In this document: positions 45,287 to 54,027 of the stretch, in pieces
Layout of the letters: every line of letters starts with the position of its first letter
Position numbering within the stretch: the first letter of the stretch is position 1
NCBI GenBank assembly: GCA_963752285.1
Contig: CAVVXN010000001.1
Location: forward strand, 672,001-736,000
DNA length: 64,000 nucleotides
DNA from: an uncultured Planctomycetota bacterium
GTDB lineage: Bacteria; Planctomycetota; PLA2; JAEUHO01
Direction: 5' to 3'
Translations under genes and position numbers: made by a program
The notes under the pieces: generated by a model
Databases searched by the model: none
The model's input: the letters and a program-made list of their open reading frames with translations, nothing else
Told to the model about the DNA's origin: nothing

Positions 45287-46312
45287 TCAGACGTGCGACA
45301 CGACGAAGTAGATGGCCCCCGCGATCAATCCGGCGAGGGCGAGGAAGAGGGGGATCTTCGCGCCCATCCGCGGCCGGTTGAGGCCGCGCATGCTCACCAC
45401 GCGGTCCTGCATCGAAGCGTGGGGCGCCTCGACGCGGGCGGACGGGGCGGGCGACGACGGGCGTAGCCGGCTCTTCGGGGCGGGCGACGACGGCTGCGGG
45501 CGCGCGGGCTCGTCCTCGACGGCCGTGGCCGCGCCGGCGGTGTGCCGCGCGGGCGCGGCCGCGGCGGCCGCGATGGCGGGCGTCGCGGGGCGAGCGGCGG
45601 GTGAACCGGTCGGTGCGGAGACGACGGGGGTCGCGGACGCGGGCTTCCGAACGGGCGGCGGCGCGGTGTGCGTGGGGCCGACGGGCGCGGGACGGGCCGC
45701 GGCCGGCCGCGGGCGCGGCGCGGCGAGACCGCCCTTGTTCACGCTCTCGAGGACGCGTCCGGCGAGGTCCTTGAGCGTCGGGAAGACGCCCTCTCCGCGC
45801 GGCGCGATGGCCTCGTGGAACGGGAAGCCCCAGGTGTTGATCTCGCGCTGGAGGTCCTCGATCGCCATCGCGTCGGGGAGGTCCCGCTTGTTGTACTGGA
45901 TCACGATCGGGACGTCGGAGAGGGACTTCCCCATCTCCTTCAGGTTCTCCTCGAGGTCCGAGAACGACTCCTTGTTCTCGCGGAGCTTCGCGGTGCTCGA
46001 GTCGGCGACGAACACGATGCCGTCCACGCCCTGGAGAACGAGACGACGCGTCGACTTGTAGTAGATCTGGCCGGGAACCGTGTAGAGCTGGAACTTCGTC
46101 TTGATGCCCGCGATCTGACCCAGGTCGAGGGGCATGTAGTCGAAGTAGAGGGTGCGCTCGCCGGTCGTCGCGATCGAAGTCAGCTCACCACGAGACTCGG
46201 CAGGCACCTTGCCGTGCACGAGCTCCAAGTTCGTCGTCTTCCCGGACATTCCCGGCCCGTAGTAGACGATCTTGCACTGGATCTCCTTCTGCGCGAAGTT
46301 GATCTGGACCAT
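45287..46312 (-). CDS. mglA: MglA-family small GTPase with Pro/Ala linker and C-terminal TM anchor
   Basis: KIVYYGPGMSGKTTN (G1), ERTLYFD (G2, Arg finger), YTVPGQ (G3), NKRDL (G4), AIAPRGEGV (G5); tail IPLFLALAGLIAGAIYFVV. Confidence 0.93.
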   Translation of the reverse strand: MVQINFAQKEIQCKIVYYGPGMSGKTTNLELVHGKVPAESRGELTSIATTGERTLYFDYMPLDLGQIAGIKTKFQLYTVPGQIYYKSTRRLVLQGVDGIVFVADSSTAKLRENKESFSDLEENLKEMGKSLSDVPIVIQYNKRDLPDAMAIEDLQREINTWGFPFHEAIAPRGEGVFPTLKDLAGRVLESVNKGGLAAPRPRPAAARPAPVGPTHTAPPPVRKPASATPVVSAPTGSPAARPATPAIAAAAAAPARHTAGAATAVEDEPARPQPSSPAPKSRLRPSSPAPSARVEAPHASMQDRVVSMRGLNRPRMGAKIPLFLALAGLIAGAIYFVVSHV

Positions 46313-46416
46313 CGATCGCTCCCACTCTTTTTCCCTGGCACCCGCGGCGTCTGGCCCCCCTGTTCTCGGGCAGCCGGTTTCCGGACTCCGCTTTTCGGCT
46401 CAATCGTCGGACTTCC

Positions 46417-46770
46417 TCAAGCGACGAGCTCCGCCTCCCGCTCCACGCGGTGTGCGGCGCTTCGGATCTCGATGCTTCCGGGACCGATCTCCAGGCGGGC
46501 ACCGAGCAATACGAGGAGGTAGGCGGGGCCGGCCTCGACGAGGATGACCTTGCCCTGCTCCGCGGCGACCTCGACCTGGTTGAACGCGTCGAGGCCCGCG
46601 TCGCGGAGGCTCTTGCCGATCTCGCGTACGATCGCGGCCCCCAGGGCGGAGAGTCGCTCGACGTCCACGCCTTCCCGGACCGCGCTCGCGATGAGCAGGC
46701 CGTCCTTCGACAGGACGACGCTGCCGCGGCCCGAGATCGTGCCGTTCAGCTCGGCGAGGATCTCCTTCAT
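46417..46770 (-). CDS. Roadblock/LC7 protein (MglC-like)
   Basis: GSVVLSKDGLLIAS...LSALGA...EQGKVIL; 117 aa; ATG overlaps the upstream TGA. Confidence 0.88.
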   Translation of the reverse strand: MKEILAELNGTISGRGSVVLSKDGLLIASAVREGVDVERLSALGAAIVREIGKSLRDAGLDAFNQVEVAAEQGKVILVEAGPAYLLVLLGARLEIGPGSIEIRSAAHRVEREAELVA

Positions 46771-47873
46771 CGCTTCCCTCCGAGGCTGCCTTCGAGGTGG
46801 ACCGAGACGCGCTCCCACAGCCGCTGGGGCTCGGGGTTCTGGTTCCAGCGCGCGCCGGTCACGACGCCGCCCACCTCCCCGACGGCGACGATCCCGAACG
46901 GTCCCTGGATCGTGCAGCGGCGGAACGCGCCGAGGTCGAACTCGCGGGCGTAGCGCGCGACCATGCGCGCCACCGTCCGCGTGACGTCCACGAGGCCCTT
47001 GTCGCTGCCCTCCGCGCGGGGGTTGACCGATTCGCCGTCGGGCGTCCCGCGCACGTGCGCGATGAGGGTGCCGCCACGCTGCAGCATCACGATCTCTGCG
47101 GCGGAGCCGGCCTCCACCAGCGCCCGTGCCGCCCGTTCCGCCCGGTCCTCGTCGAGACGGCTCACGCGGCTTCGGCGGCTCCGCAGGGGCCAGGTCGTCG
47201 GCTCGCGCACGAGCGCGCCTTCGACCTCGATGCGCTCGAACAGCCCGTCGTGCGACGTGGGCGCCTCGCCGGACGCGATGCCCTTCAGCTTCTCGAGCAC
47301 GGGCTCGAGGAGCGGATCGCCCTCGGCGATCGCCTCGAGGTCACGGACGACGGCCGCGAGCGCGCGGTCCGCGCCGGTGCAGTAGTACAGCTCGGCGAGG
47401 AGGAGGCGCGGCTTCACGGCCTCGGTGTTCAGGGCGGCGGCGCGGAGGAGCCGGCGCTCGGCGCCGTGCGCGTCGTTCGCCCTCAGGTCCTCGAAGAACG
47501 CCTGCAGGCTCATCTCGCCGAGCAGGAGGTGCGCCGCATCGCGGTCGGGATGGGCGTTGGCGTAGGCGAGCGCCTCGTGCCGGGCCTCGGCGAAGAGACC
47601 GAGCTCGAGGTAGAGCGAGATGAGCTGCTCGTAGGCGCGCGCGTCCTCGTTCCGCTCGATGCGCGCCTTGAGGCTCTGGATGCCCGTGCGGGCCTGGGCC
47701 CGCCGAATCGTGAGCTCGAGGTCGTGGAGCGGGTCCGCGTCCGGGTAGAGCTCGAGGCCCCGCTGCACGATCTTGCGGGCCTGATCGAAGTCCTCCGCCG
47801 CGAGGCGGCGCTGCGCCTGCTGGATCAGCTTGTCCAGCGAGGCCCTCGAGAACAGGTCTCCAATCCGTCCCAC
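46767..47873 (-). CDS. TPR-repeat protein with C-terminal roadblock-like domain
   Basis: TPR-like helices (GLELYPD, AYEQLISLY, AHLLLGE, PRLLLAELY); C-terminal EFDLGAFRRCTIQGPFGIVAV resembles the roadblock beta-sheet. Confidence 0.75.
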   Translation of the reverse strand: MGRIGDLFSRASLDKLIQQAQRRLAAEDFDQARKIVQRGLELYPDADPLHDLELTIRRAQARTGIQSLKARIERNEDARAYEQLISLYLELGLFAEARHEALAYANAHPDRDAAHLLLGEMSLQAFFEDLRANDAHGAERRLLRAAALNTEAVKPRLLLAELYYCTGADRALAAVVRDLEAIAEGDPLLEPVLEKLKGIASGEAPTSHDGLFERIEVEGALVREPTTWPLRSRRSRVSRLDEDRAERAARALVEAGSAAEIVMLQRGGTLIAHVRGTPDGESVNPRAEGSDKGLVDVTRTVARMVARYAREFDLGAFRRCTIQGPFGIVAVGEVGGVVTGARWNQNPEPQRLWERVSVHLEGSLGGKR

Positions 47874-48271
47874 CGGGTATCTCCGCGGGCCTCGGCCACG
47901 GGGGCCGGGGCCAGGGGGCCTATCGACCAGCGGGCCGGCCCGGATGAAGCGCGGAGGCCGGAGTCCGCCTCGCGAGGCCCGGGCGGGACCGAGGCGCCCC
48001 CCCCGCGCGCGGTCCCCGCCCGCACGGCCCTCAGGACCCACGAGCGGCGCGACGTGTTCTTGACCCGCGCCGGTGCAAGGCCGACTTCCGATCGCTCGAC
48101 GATCGCGCCCTCGTCTACCGGGCGTCCTTCGCGCACCGGGGCCCCGAGGACCCGGCGGGCGGAGGAAGCGACCCGGAAGCGGGTCACCGACGACGAATCA
48201 CGAGCCGATCGGGGCCCGGCGTGCCGAGGGCGGCGCGGCCCACGAAGCCCACGAAGCCCACGAAGCACGCG

Positions 48272-51200
48272 CTAACGCGCGACCGCGACGAGGTGCCCCT
48301 GGGCGAACACGTACACGGAGCCGCCCAGGGGGAGGAGGGGGCTCGTGGCCGAGGCGCCGTCGATCCCGGTCTCCGAGAGCGGGCAGCGCCAGGCCGTCAC
48401 GTCGGGGGCGGCGAGGTCCACGGCGCGGAGCACGGCGTCCCGGTCGAGGGCGTACACCTGGTCGCCCTGGCCCGCGACGGTCGTCGCCCCGTTCCCGAGC
48501 CCGGCGAGGCGCACGGTCTTGGCGTCCCGGGCCATCCAGTGGACGCCGTCGCTCTCGATCCAGGCGACGCCCGTCGGCGAGACGTAGGCGTTCGCGGAGA
48601 GCGGCGCGGCGTGTCCCGCGGGCACGAGCGTTCCCTCGGCGGTCAGCACGCGGGCCTCGGCGTTCGCGCCGCCCAGGAGCACGGCGCCGTCGCCGAGGGG
48701 CAGAGCGAGCAGGAGGCCGCGCGCCGACGAGGCGAGTTGCTTGACCTCGCCGGTGCTCGCCTGGAAGAGGTACGCGTCCCCGCGCACGGTCGTCAAGAGG
48801 AAGCCTCGCTTGCTCCCGTACGGATGCTGCGCAGGCGCGCCGCCGATGGACTTGTGCCACGCCGACTTGCCCGTCGCGAGGTCGTAGCCGTACACGTTGC
48901 CGCGTTCGTCCACGACCACCACGACGCCCTCGAGGAGCGCGGGCTCGTGCTCGATCTGACCGAGCGCCTGCACCTCCCAGGGCTCGCCTTCGAGCGGCCG
49001 CACGATGAGCGTGCGCTGGCCCACGATGCGCCACTCGACGCCGCCGGCGAGCGTGCCCCCCGAACGGACCGGCTCGTGGCGCTTGAAGTCCTTCGGGGCC
49101 TCCAGGGAGCCGTCGTCGGGCGCCACGGGCTGGAGCGCCTTGCCGTCTTCGGTGAGCAGCACCGGGATGTCGTTCGAGGCCCACAGCGCGCGGTACGGGC
49201 CGCGCAGCGGCGTGACGGCCCAGCGCGGGCCCTCCGGCAGGGACTCGTGGCGGAGCGGCGACCAGCGCGCGGCCGCCGTGGCGTCCGAAGCGATGGCGTC
49301 GAAGTCGGGCAGCGTCACGTGCTCCGGCACGTGCCCGGGGAGCCGCAGCGACAGCTCGGTCGGGCCGAACGGCGAGTACTCGAAGGTGCACGGGGTCGTG
49401 AGCCCGGTCGGCTCGTCGCCGAGCCACACCGCGGCCGCCGCGGGCTCGGTCTCGACGTGGACGGGCAGGCGCACCTCACGTGTCAGGTCGCTGTCGAGCT
49501 GGTGCGCGAACAGCGCCACGCCGAGCTGGAAGGCCTTCACGACGTCGTCCGAGGCGCGGGCCGCGTCGATCTGCTTCCGGGTCTCCTCGAATTCCGCCGT
49601 GTACCGGTGGACGTGCTCCAGGAGCAGGTCGGCGCGCGCCGCGAGGGCCTCGTCCGTCATCGCGAGGTTGCGGGCGAGGCGCAGGCTCTTGTCGGCCTCG
49701 CGGAACCGTCCAGCCGCGTGCGATGCCTCGCCCTTGGTGAGCGCGACCTTCGCTTCGGTCTGCGCGTTCGTGACCGCCTCGTTCGCCTGCGTCCGGAGCG
49801 CCTCGAGGCGCGCGCGCAGGTGGTTCAGCACGGCGAGGGTGCTCTCGCGATGGTCGGTCGCCTGGTACTGCTCGATCTCGGTCGCCAGGCCGAGCACGAC
49901 GCCGTTGGCCGACTCGACCTCGTGGTCCACGGCGCGCGTCATGTCGATGGCGGCCTTGCCGAGGCCCTCGTCGGGCGCGTCGGCGTTGCGTGCCTTCGCG
50001 AGACGTCGCACGAACTCCTGGACCAGCGTCACGGTCTGCTGCTCCGCCTGGTCCACGGCGTGCTCCGCGCGCGCCTGGACCTGGTGGATGGACCGTCCCG
50101 CTTCCTGGTTGTACGTCCACCACGCCCCCGCCAGCCCGAGCAGGACGAGGCCGAGGACGACGACCGCGACGGCGAGCCGCTTCTTCTGCCGGTGCTTGCG
50201 CTGCTCGCCCTCGATCAGGTGCAGACGCCCCCGCGCGTCCGCGCGGGTCGGGTCGAGCTGCAGCGTGCGACGGAGCAGGTCCCGCGCCGGCGACGTCCGA
50301 CCTTGCGCGAGCAGGTCCTCGGCCCGGCGGAAGAGCGCGACGGCGGCCTCCGCGCGGTCTCCGCCCGAGGCGTAGAGGTCGGCGAGGACGAGGAGGTCCT
50401 CGCTCGGCGCGTCGCCGGTCTGCACGAAGGCCCGCAGCCGTTCCGCGGCCTCGAGGGGCTGCCGCGCCGTCACGGCGGCGTGGATCAGCGTGCGGAGCGC
50501 CTCGAGCGCCTGGCCCTGCCGGTCGGTGAGCCACGGCCGGTTCTTCACGTAGTAGTCGGTGAGGCGGGCGGCCGAGCCCATCTCGCCCTTTCGCAGGTCC
50601 ATCGCGCGGCGGAGCGCGTCGAACACCCCGATCGGCTTCACGTCCTCGGCCTTCAGGGCGTACGTCTCGAGCTGGAGCGCCGCCTCCTCACGCCGGCCGG
50701 CCGCCTCGAGCGCGTCGGCGTAGCGGATCCACGCCTCCGGCGGCGCGTCGCCGCGGTCGATGGCGCGTCGGAGGAGCGGCAGGGCGCGGAGCGACTCGCC
50801 CCGCGAGAGGAGGTCCTCGCCCCGCGTCAGGAGGTCCTCGGTCGCGACCGGACGGACGCCGCCGCCGTGGAGCAGCGCGGCGACGACCTGGATCACCGTG
50901 AGGTCGTCCACGTCGCTCGCCTCGACGACCTGCTCGAGCGTGCGATAGCCGTCGATCGAGTGGACGACGGGGTCGGCGAGAGCGGGATCGACCTCCTCGG
51001 CCTCGAGCGCGCCCGCGACGTCCACGCCGATGCCGGTGCCCTCGTACACCTCCTCGGTGCTGGGCACGACCTGCGAGAGCTCGGCCCACTGGTCCATCTT
51101 GCGCGTCAGCTCGAGCAGGAGGGCCTCGACGACGATCCCCGGCTCGATCGGACGCCGGGGCCGACCGTCCGGCCACTTGTCGGTGCCGTCGGGCGCGAGG

Positions 51201-51598
51201 ATCTGGCCGTCCGCGAACTCGAAGCGGTTGATCGCGCGGAGCTGGAGCCTGAGGAAGCGCTCGTGGACCGAGTGCTCGACCGCCTCCTCCAGGACCGGCT
51301 CCTCGAGGACGCCGAGGTCGAGGAGGATCCGGCCGAGGTACTCCCCCGACGCGGCCTGGATCCCCTGCGCCCGCTCGAGACGGTCCTCCGCCACGAGGCC
51401 GCGCCGGCGGACCACCCGGAGCAGCGCCCGGCTGGCTCCGGCGTCACCCTCCACGAACGCCGCCCGACCCCGATCCACGTGGATCGTCCGGGCTCCGCGA
51501 TCGGTCTCCAGTACCAGCGTCCCGACCTTCTGGTTGAAGGCGAGCATCTGGAGGAGCTCCCGGAGGTTGAAGGTCTCCAGAGTCCCCTTGATCGTCAC
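48272..51598 (-). CDS. Large bitopic protein: DUF4388 - TPRs - TM - coiled coil - PEGA - PQQ-type beta-propeller
   Basis: IKGTLETFNLRELLQMLAFNQKVGTL (DUF4388); TM LAVAVVVLGLVLLGLAGAWW; VETEPAAAAVWLGD...TTPC (PEGA); GNVYGYDLATGKSAW (PQQ repeat); GAGGA RBS. Confidence 0.85.
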   Translation of the reverse strand: MTIKGTLETFNLRELLQMLAFNQKVGTLVLETDRGARTIHVDRGRAAFVEGDAGASRALLRVVRRRGLVAEDRLERAQGIQAASGEYLGRILLDLGVLEEPVLEEAVEHSVHERFLRLQLRAINRFEFADGQILAPDGTDKWPDGRPRRPIEPGIVVEALLLELTRKMDQWAELSQVVPSTEEVYEGTGIGVDVAGALEAEEVDPALADPVVHSIDGYRTLEQVVEASDVDDLTVIQVVAALLHGGGVRPVATEDLLTRGEDLLSRGESLRALPLLRRAIDRGDAPPEAWIRYADALEAAGRREEAALQLETYALKAEDVKPIGVFDALRRAMDLRKGEMGSAARLTDYYVKNRPWLTDRQGQALEALRTLIHAAVTARQPLEAAERLRAFVQTGDAPSEDLLVLADLYASGGDRAEAAVALFRRAEDLLAQGRTSPARDLLRRTLQLDPTRADARGRLHLIEGEQRKHRQKKRLAVAVVVLGLVLLGLAGAWWTYNQEAGRSIHQVQARAEHAVDQAEQQTVTLVQEFVRRLAKARNADAPDEGLGKAAIDMTRAVDHEVESANGVVLGLATEIEQYQATDHRESTLAVLNHLRARLEALRTQANEAVTNAQTEAKVALTKGEASHAAGRFREADKSLRLARNLAMTDEALAARADLLLEHVHRYTAEFEETRKQIDAARASDDVVKAFQLGVALFAHQLDSDLTREVRLPVHVETEPAAAAVWLGDEPTGLTTPCTFEYSPFGPTELSLRLPGHVPEHVTLPDFDAIASDATAAARWSPLRHESLPEGPRWAVTPLRGPYRALWASNDIPVLLTEDGKALQPVAPDDGSLEAPKDFKRHEPVRSGGTLAGGVEWRIVGQRTLIVRPLEGEPWEVQALGQIEHEPALLEGVVVVVDERGNVYGYDLATGKSAWHKSIGGAPAQHPYGSKRGFLLTTVRGDAYLFQASTGEVKQLASSARGLLLALPLGDGAVLLGGANAEARVLTAEGTLVPAGHAAPLSANAYVSPTGVAWIESDGVHWMARDAKTVRLAGLGNGATTVAGQGDQVYALDRDAVLRAVDLAAPDVTAWRCPLSETGIDGASATSPLLPLGGSVYVFAQGHLVAVAR

Positions 51599-51791
51599 GT
51601 AAACGTCCTCTCGGATCGCATTGCGACCCGATGCCGCCAGCCGTAGACTGGCCTCTCGGGTCCGGTCGGCCCTCCTATCGGCGCGAGTCGGACCTGCGCC
51701 TGAGCCCTTGCGCCGCCGGGGCCCCTGCCCGGCCAACGAGAGACCCCGACATCCCCGTGGCCGCGTGGCGGGGGGGACGAGACCGACCCGG

Positions 51792-52331
51792 ATGAAACGG
51801 CGGACGGGACCCATCGCCGCGACGCTTCGCTGGCTCCGGGCCTTGCTGTTCACGGCCAAGGCCCGGCTCCTGCTCCTCCGCGGGGACCGGCCGCGCGCCA
51901 TCGCCGCCCTGGAGGCGGCCGTGGCCACCCGGCCGTGGGCCTTCCGTCCCCTCCTTCGGTTGGCGAGGGCCTATCTCCTGACCCGGGACACCTGGCGGGC
52001 CCACCGGACCCTGGCGCAGGCCCGCGAGGCGCACCCCGAGAGGTTCGCCCGCGTGGTCCCGGGCTGGCTCCGCCGCCAGGACCTCGACCTCGACGTCCTC
52101 GGCCAGGTGCTCGCCCCCGGCGTGCTCCGCCCGGGCTCGGGGGGACGGGTGCCCGCCACGGCGCCGACGCGGTCGCTCTCCGGGCGGCCCGTGCGCCCCG
52201 GGAGCCTGCCCTGGGGGGACTGCACGAGTCTCGACGAGTACACGCGCTTCCGGGCCATGCCCCCGATCACGGCCGCCGAGCGGGCCTCGATCGACTGGGA
52301 CGCGCTCCTCGACGACCTCCTCGACGACTGA
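51792..52331 (+). CDS. Hypothetical TPR-containing protein with acidic C-terminal motif
   Basis: AIAALEAAVATRPWAFRPLLRLARAY TPR-like; C-terminal PWGDCTSLDEYTRFRAMPPIT...IDWDALLDDL. Confidence 0.65.
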   Translation: MKRRTGPIAATLRWLRALLFTAKARLLLLRGDRPRAIAALEAAVATRPWAFRPLLRLARAYLLTRDTWRAHRTLAQAREAHPERFARVVPGWLRRQDLDLDVLGQVLAPGVLRPGSGGRVPATAPTRSLSGRPVRPGSLPWGDCTSLDEYTRFRAMPPITAAERASIDWDALLDDLLDD

Positions 52332-52494
52332 GCGCCGGCGGACGGGACCGCTCGGCTCCGTCCGAACGACCGTGGCCCTCGCGCCGCCCGTTCGGGTCGC
52401 CCCGCCCGAACCCGCGGGCCGTCCGCTCCGTTCGTCCGTCGAGGGTCCTTCTCGCGGTCGCGGGTCGCCGAGGGCCTCGTCGAGGAGGTGAGGC

Positions 52495-53955
52495 ATGCGA
52501 CGGAAGTCGATCTGGGTCCCGATTCTCTTCCTGGCCATCGCCTTGGGAGTCCCCTCCGGCGTGCGCGCCGACGACGGGGCCGACGGCGGCGGCCTGGCCC
52601 CCGGCGCGGGCGTCCCGCGAACGGACGCGCTCACGCGGGGGCTCGAGGTCCTCCACGTACGCATGCAGGCGAAGCTCGGGGTCGCCGACACGCTGCGCGC
52701 GGAGGGGCGGCTCGAAGAGGCGCTCCAGGCGTACCGCGAGGTGGACGCGATCTACACGCAGGGCATCACCCGGCTCGAGGCGATGCTGGCCGGGGCCGCC
52801 GCGCCCTCGCCGGCCGTCGCGACCGGGCCGACGCCTTCGCGTCCCGAGAAGGCCCCGGGCGACAGCGTGGGGCTCGCGCTCGCGTGGCTGGCCGCACACC
52901 AGTCCCCCTCCGGGGCGTGGGAGGCCGCGGGCTTCGACGCGTGGTGTCGGGGCGAGGCCCAGGCCCAGGGCCCCGACGGGCTCGGGGGCCCGAGCTACGA
53001 CGTCGGCGTCACGGGGCTCGCCCTGTGCGCGTTCCTGGGGGTGGGCTACACGGACCGGGGCGCGCCTCCGTTCTCGCAGACCGTCTCGCGCGGGCTCCGG
53101 TACTTGAAGCAGGTGCAGGACGCCGAGGGCTGCTTCGGTCCCCGCACGAGCCAGCACTACGTCTACAACCACGCCTTCGCCTCGCTCGCGATGGTCGAGG
53201 CGTACGGGGCGACGGGAAGTCCGATCTTCAAGGGAAGCGCACGGCTCGCCGTGGACTTCATCCTGAAGGCGCAGAACCCGTACTACGGGTGGCGCTACGG
53301 CGTCCGCCCCGGCGACAACGATACGGCCGTCACGACGTGCATGGTGCTCGTCCTCGGGTCGGCGAAGGCCATCGACGACGACGCCCGCCGGCGGGGACAG
53401 GACGCTCCGTTCGACATCGACCCGTCCGCGTTCCGCGGCGCGCTCGCGTGGATCGACAAGATGACCGACCCGGGGACGGGCCGGGTCGGCTACGTGTCGC
53501 GCGGCTCGCCGCCCGCGCGGCCGATGGAGGCGATCGACAGCCACCCGGCCGACGAGTCCGAGGCGATGACGGCCGCGGGGCTCCTCGTGCGGATCCTCGC
53601 GGGCGCGGCGAAGGACACGCCCCAAGCGGTCCGCGCGGGGACGGCTCTCCTCCTCGCGAAGCCGCCGCGGTGGTCCGCGGACGGGCGGACCGTGGACATG
53701 ATGTACTGGTGGTTCGGCACGCTCGCGACGTTCGACGTCGGCGGGGACGCCTGGCGCGGCTGGAGCGCGTCCCTCGCGGCGGCGGTCGTCCAGAGCCAGC
53801 GCCACGACACGGACGCATGCCACTACCTCGGCTCGTGGGACCCGGTCGGCCCGTGGGGCCGAGACGGCGGGCGCGTCTTCTCGACCGCGCTGATGGCGAT
53901 GACCGCGGAGGCGTACTACCGGTACGACCGGGCCGCCCTCGCGGGCTCGCGCTGA
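52495..53955 (+). CDS. Exported prenyltransferase/squalene-cyclase-like (alpha/alpha barrel) repeat protein
   Basis: Signal peptide; WLAAHQSPSGAW, VTGLALCAFLG.G, YLKQVQDAEG, QNPYYGWRY, YWWFGT, GSWDP..PWG..GGRVFSTA. Confidence 0.85.
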   Translation: MRRKSIWVPILFLAIALGVPSGVRADDGADGGGLAPGAGVPRTDALTRGLEVLHVRMQAKLGVADTLRAEGRLEEALQAYREVDAIYTQGITRLEAMLAGAAAPSPAVATGPTPSRPEKAPGDSVGLALAWLAAHQSPSGAWEAAGFDAWCRGEAQAQGPDGLGGPSYDVGVTGLALCAFLGVGYTDRGAPPFSQTVSRGLRYLKQVQDAEGCFGPRTSQHYVYNHAFASLAMVEAYGATGSPIFKGSARLAVDFILKAQNPYYGWRYGVRPGDNDTAVTTCMVLVLGSAKAIDDDARRRGQDAPFDIDPSAFRGALAWIDKMTDPGTGRVGYVSRGSPPARPMEAIDSHPADESEAMTAAGLLVRILAGAAKDTPQAVRAGTALLLAKPPRWSADGRTVDMMYWWFGTLATFDVGGDAWRGWSASLAAAVVQSQRHDTDACHYLGSWDPVGPWGRDGGRVFSTALMAMTAEAYYRYDRAALAGSR

Positions 53956-54027
53956 CGTTCCGACGGGACGCGTATGTGAGCTCCGGCTCCGCGAGGCGCG
54001 CGTATCCTCCCGGGCCGGAGGTGGGCC

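Noticed and set aside
46313..46416. Riboswitch in the mglA leader
   Set aside because: A-rich with small hairpins, but no recognisable aptamer consensus; an Rfam scan would be needed.
48060..48100. Sigma-54 promoter upstream of the TPR-roadblock gene (GG...TTGC on the - strand)
   Set aside because: GG-to-GC spacing is 11 nt rather than the required 10.
48238..48270. 9-bp repeat CCCACGAAG x3
   Set aside because: Too short to separate from ordinary slippage; no functional cue.
52495..53955. True squalene-hopene cyclase
   Set aside because: Too short, has a signal peptide and lacks the DxDD catalytic motif; only QW-like barrel repeats are present.
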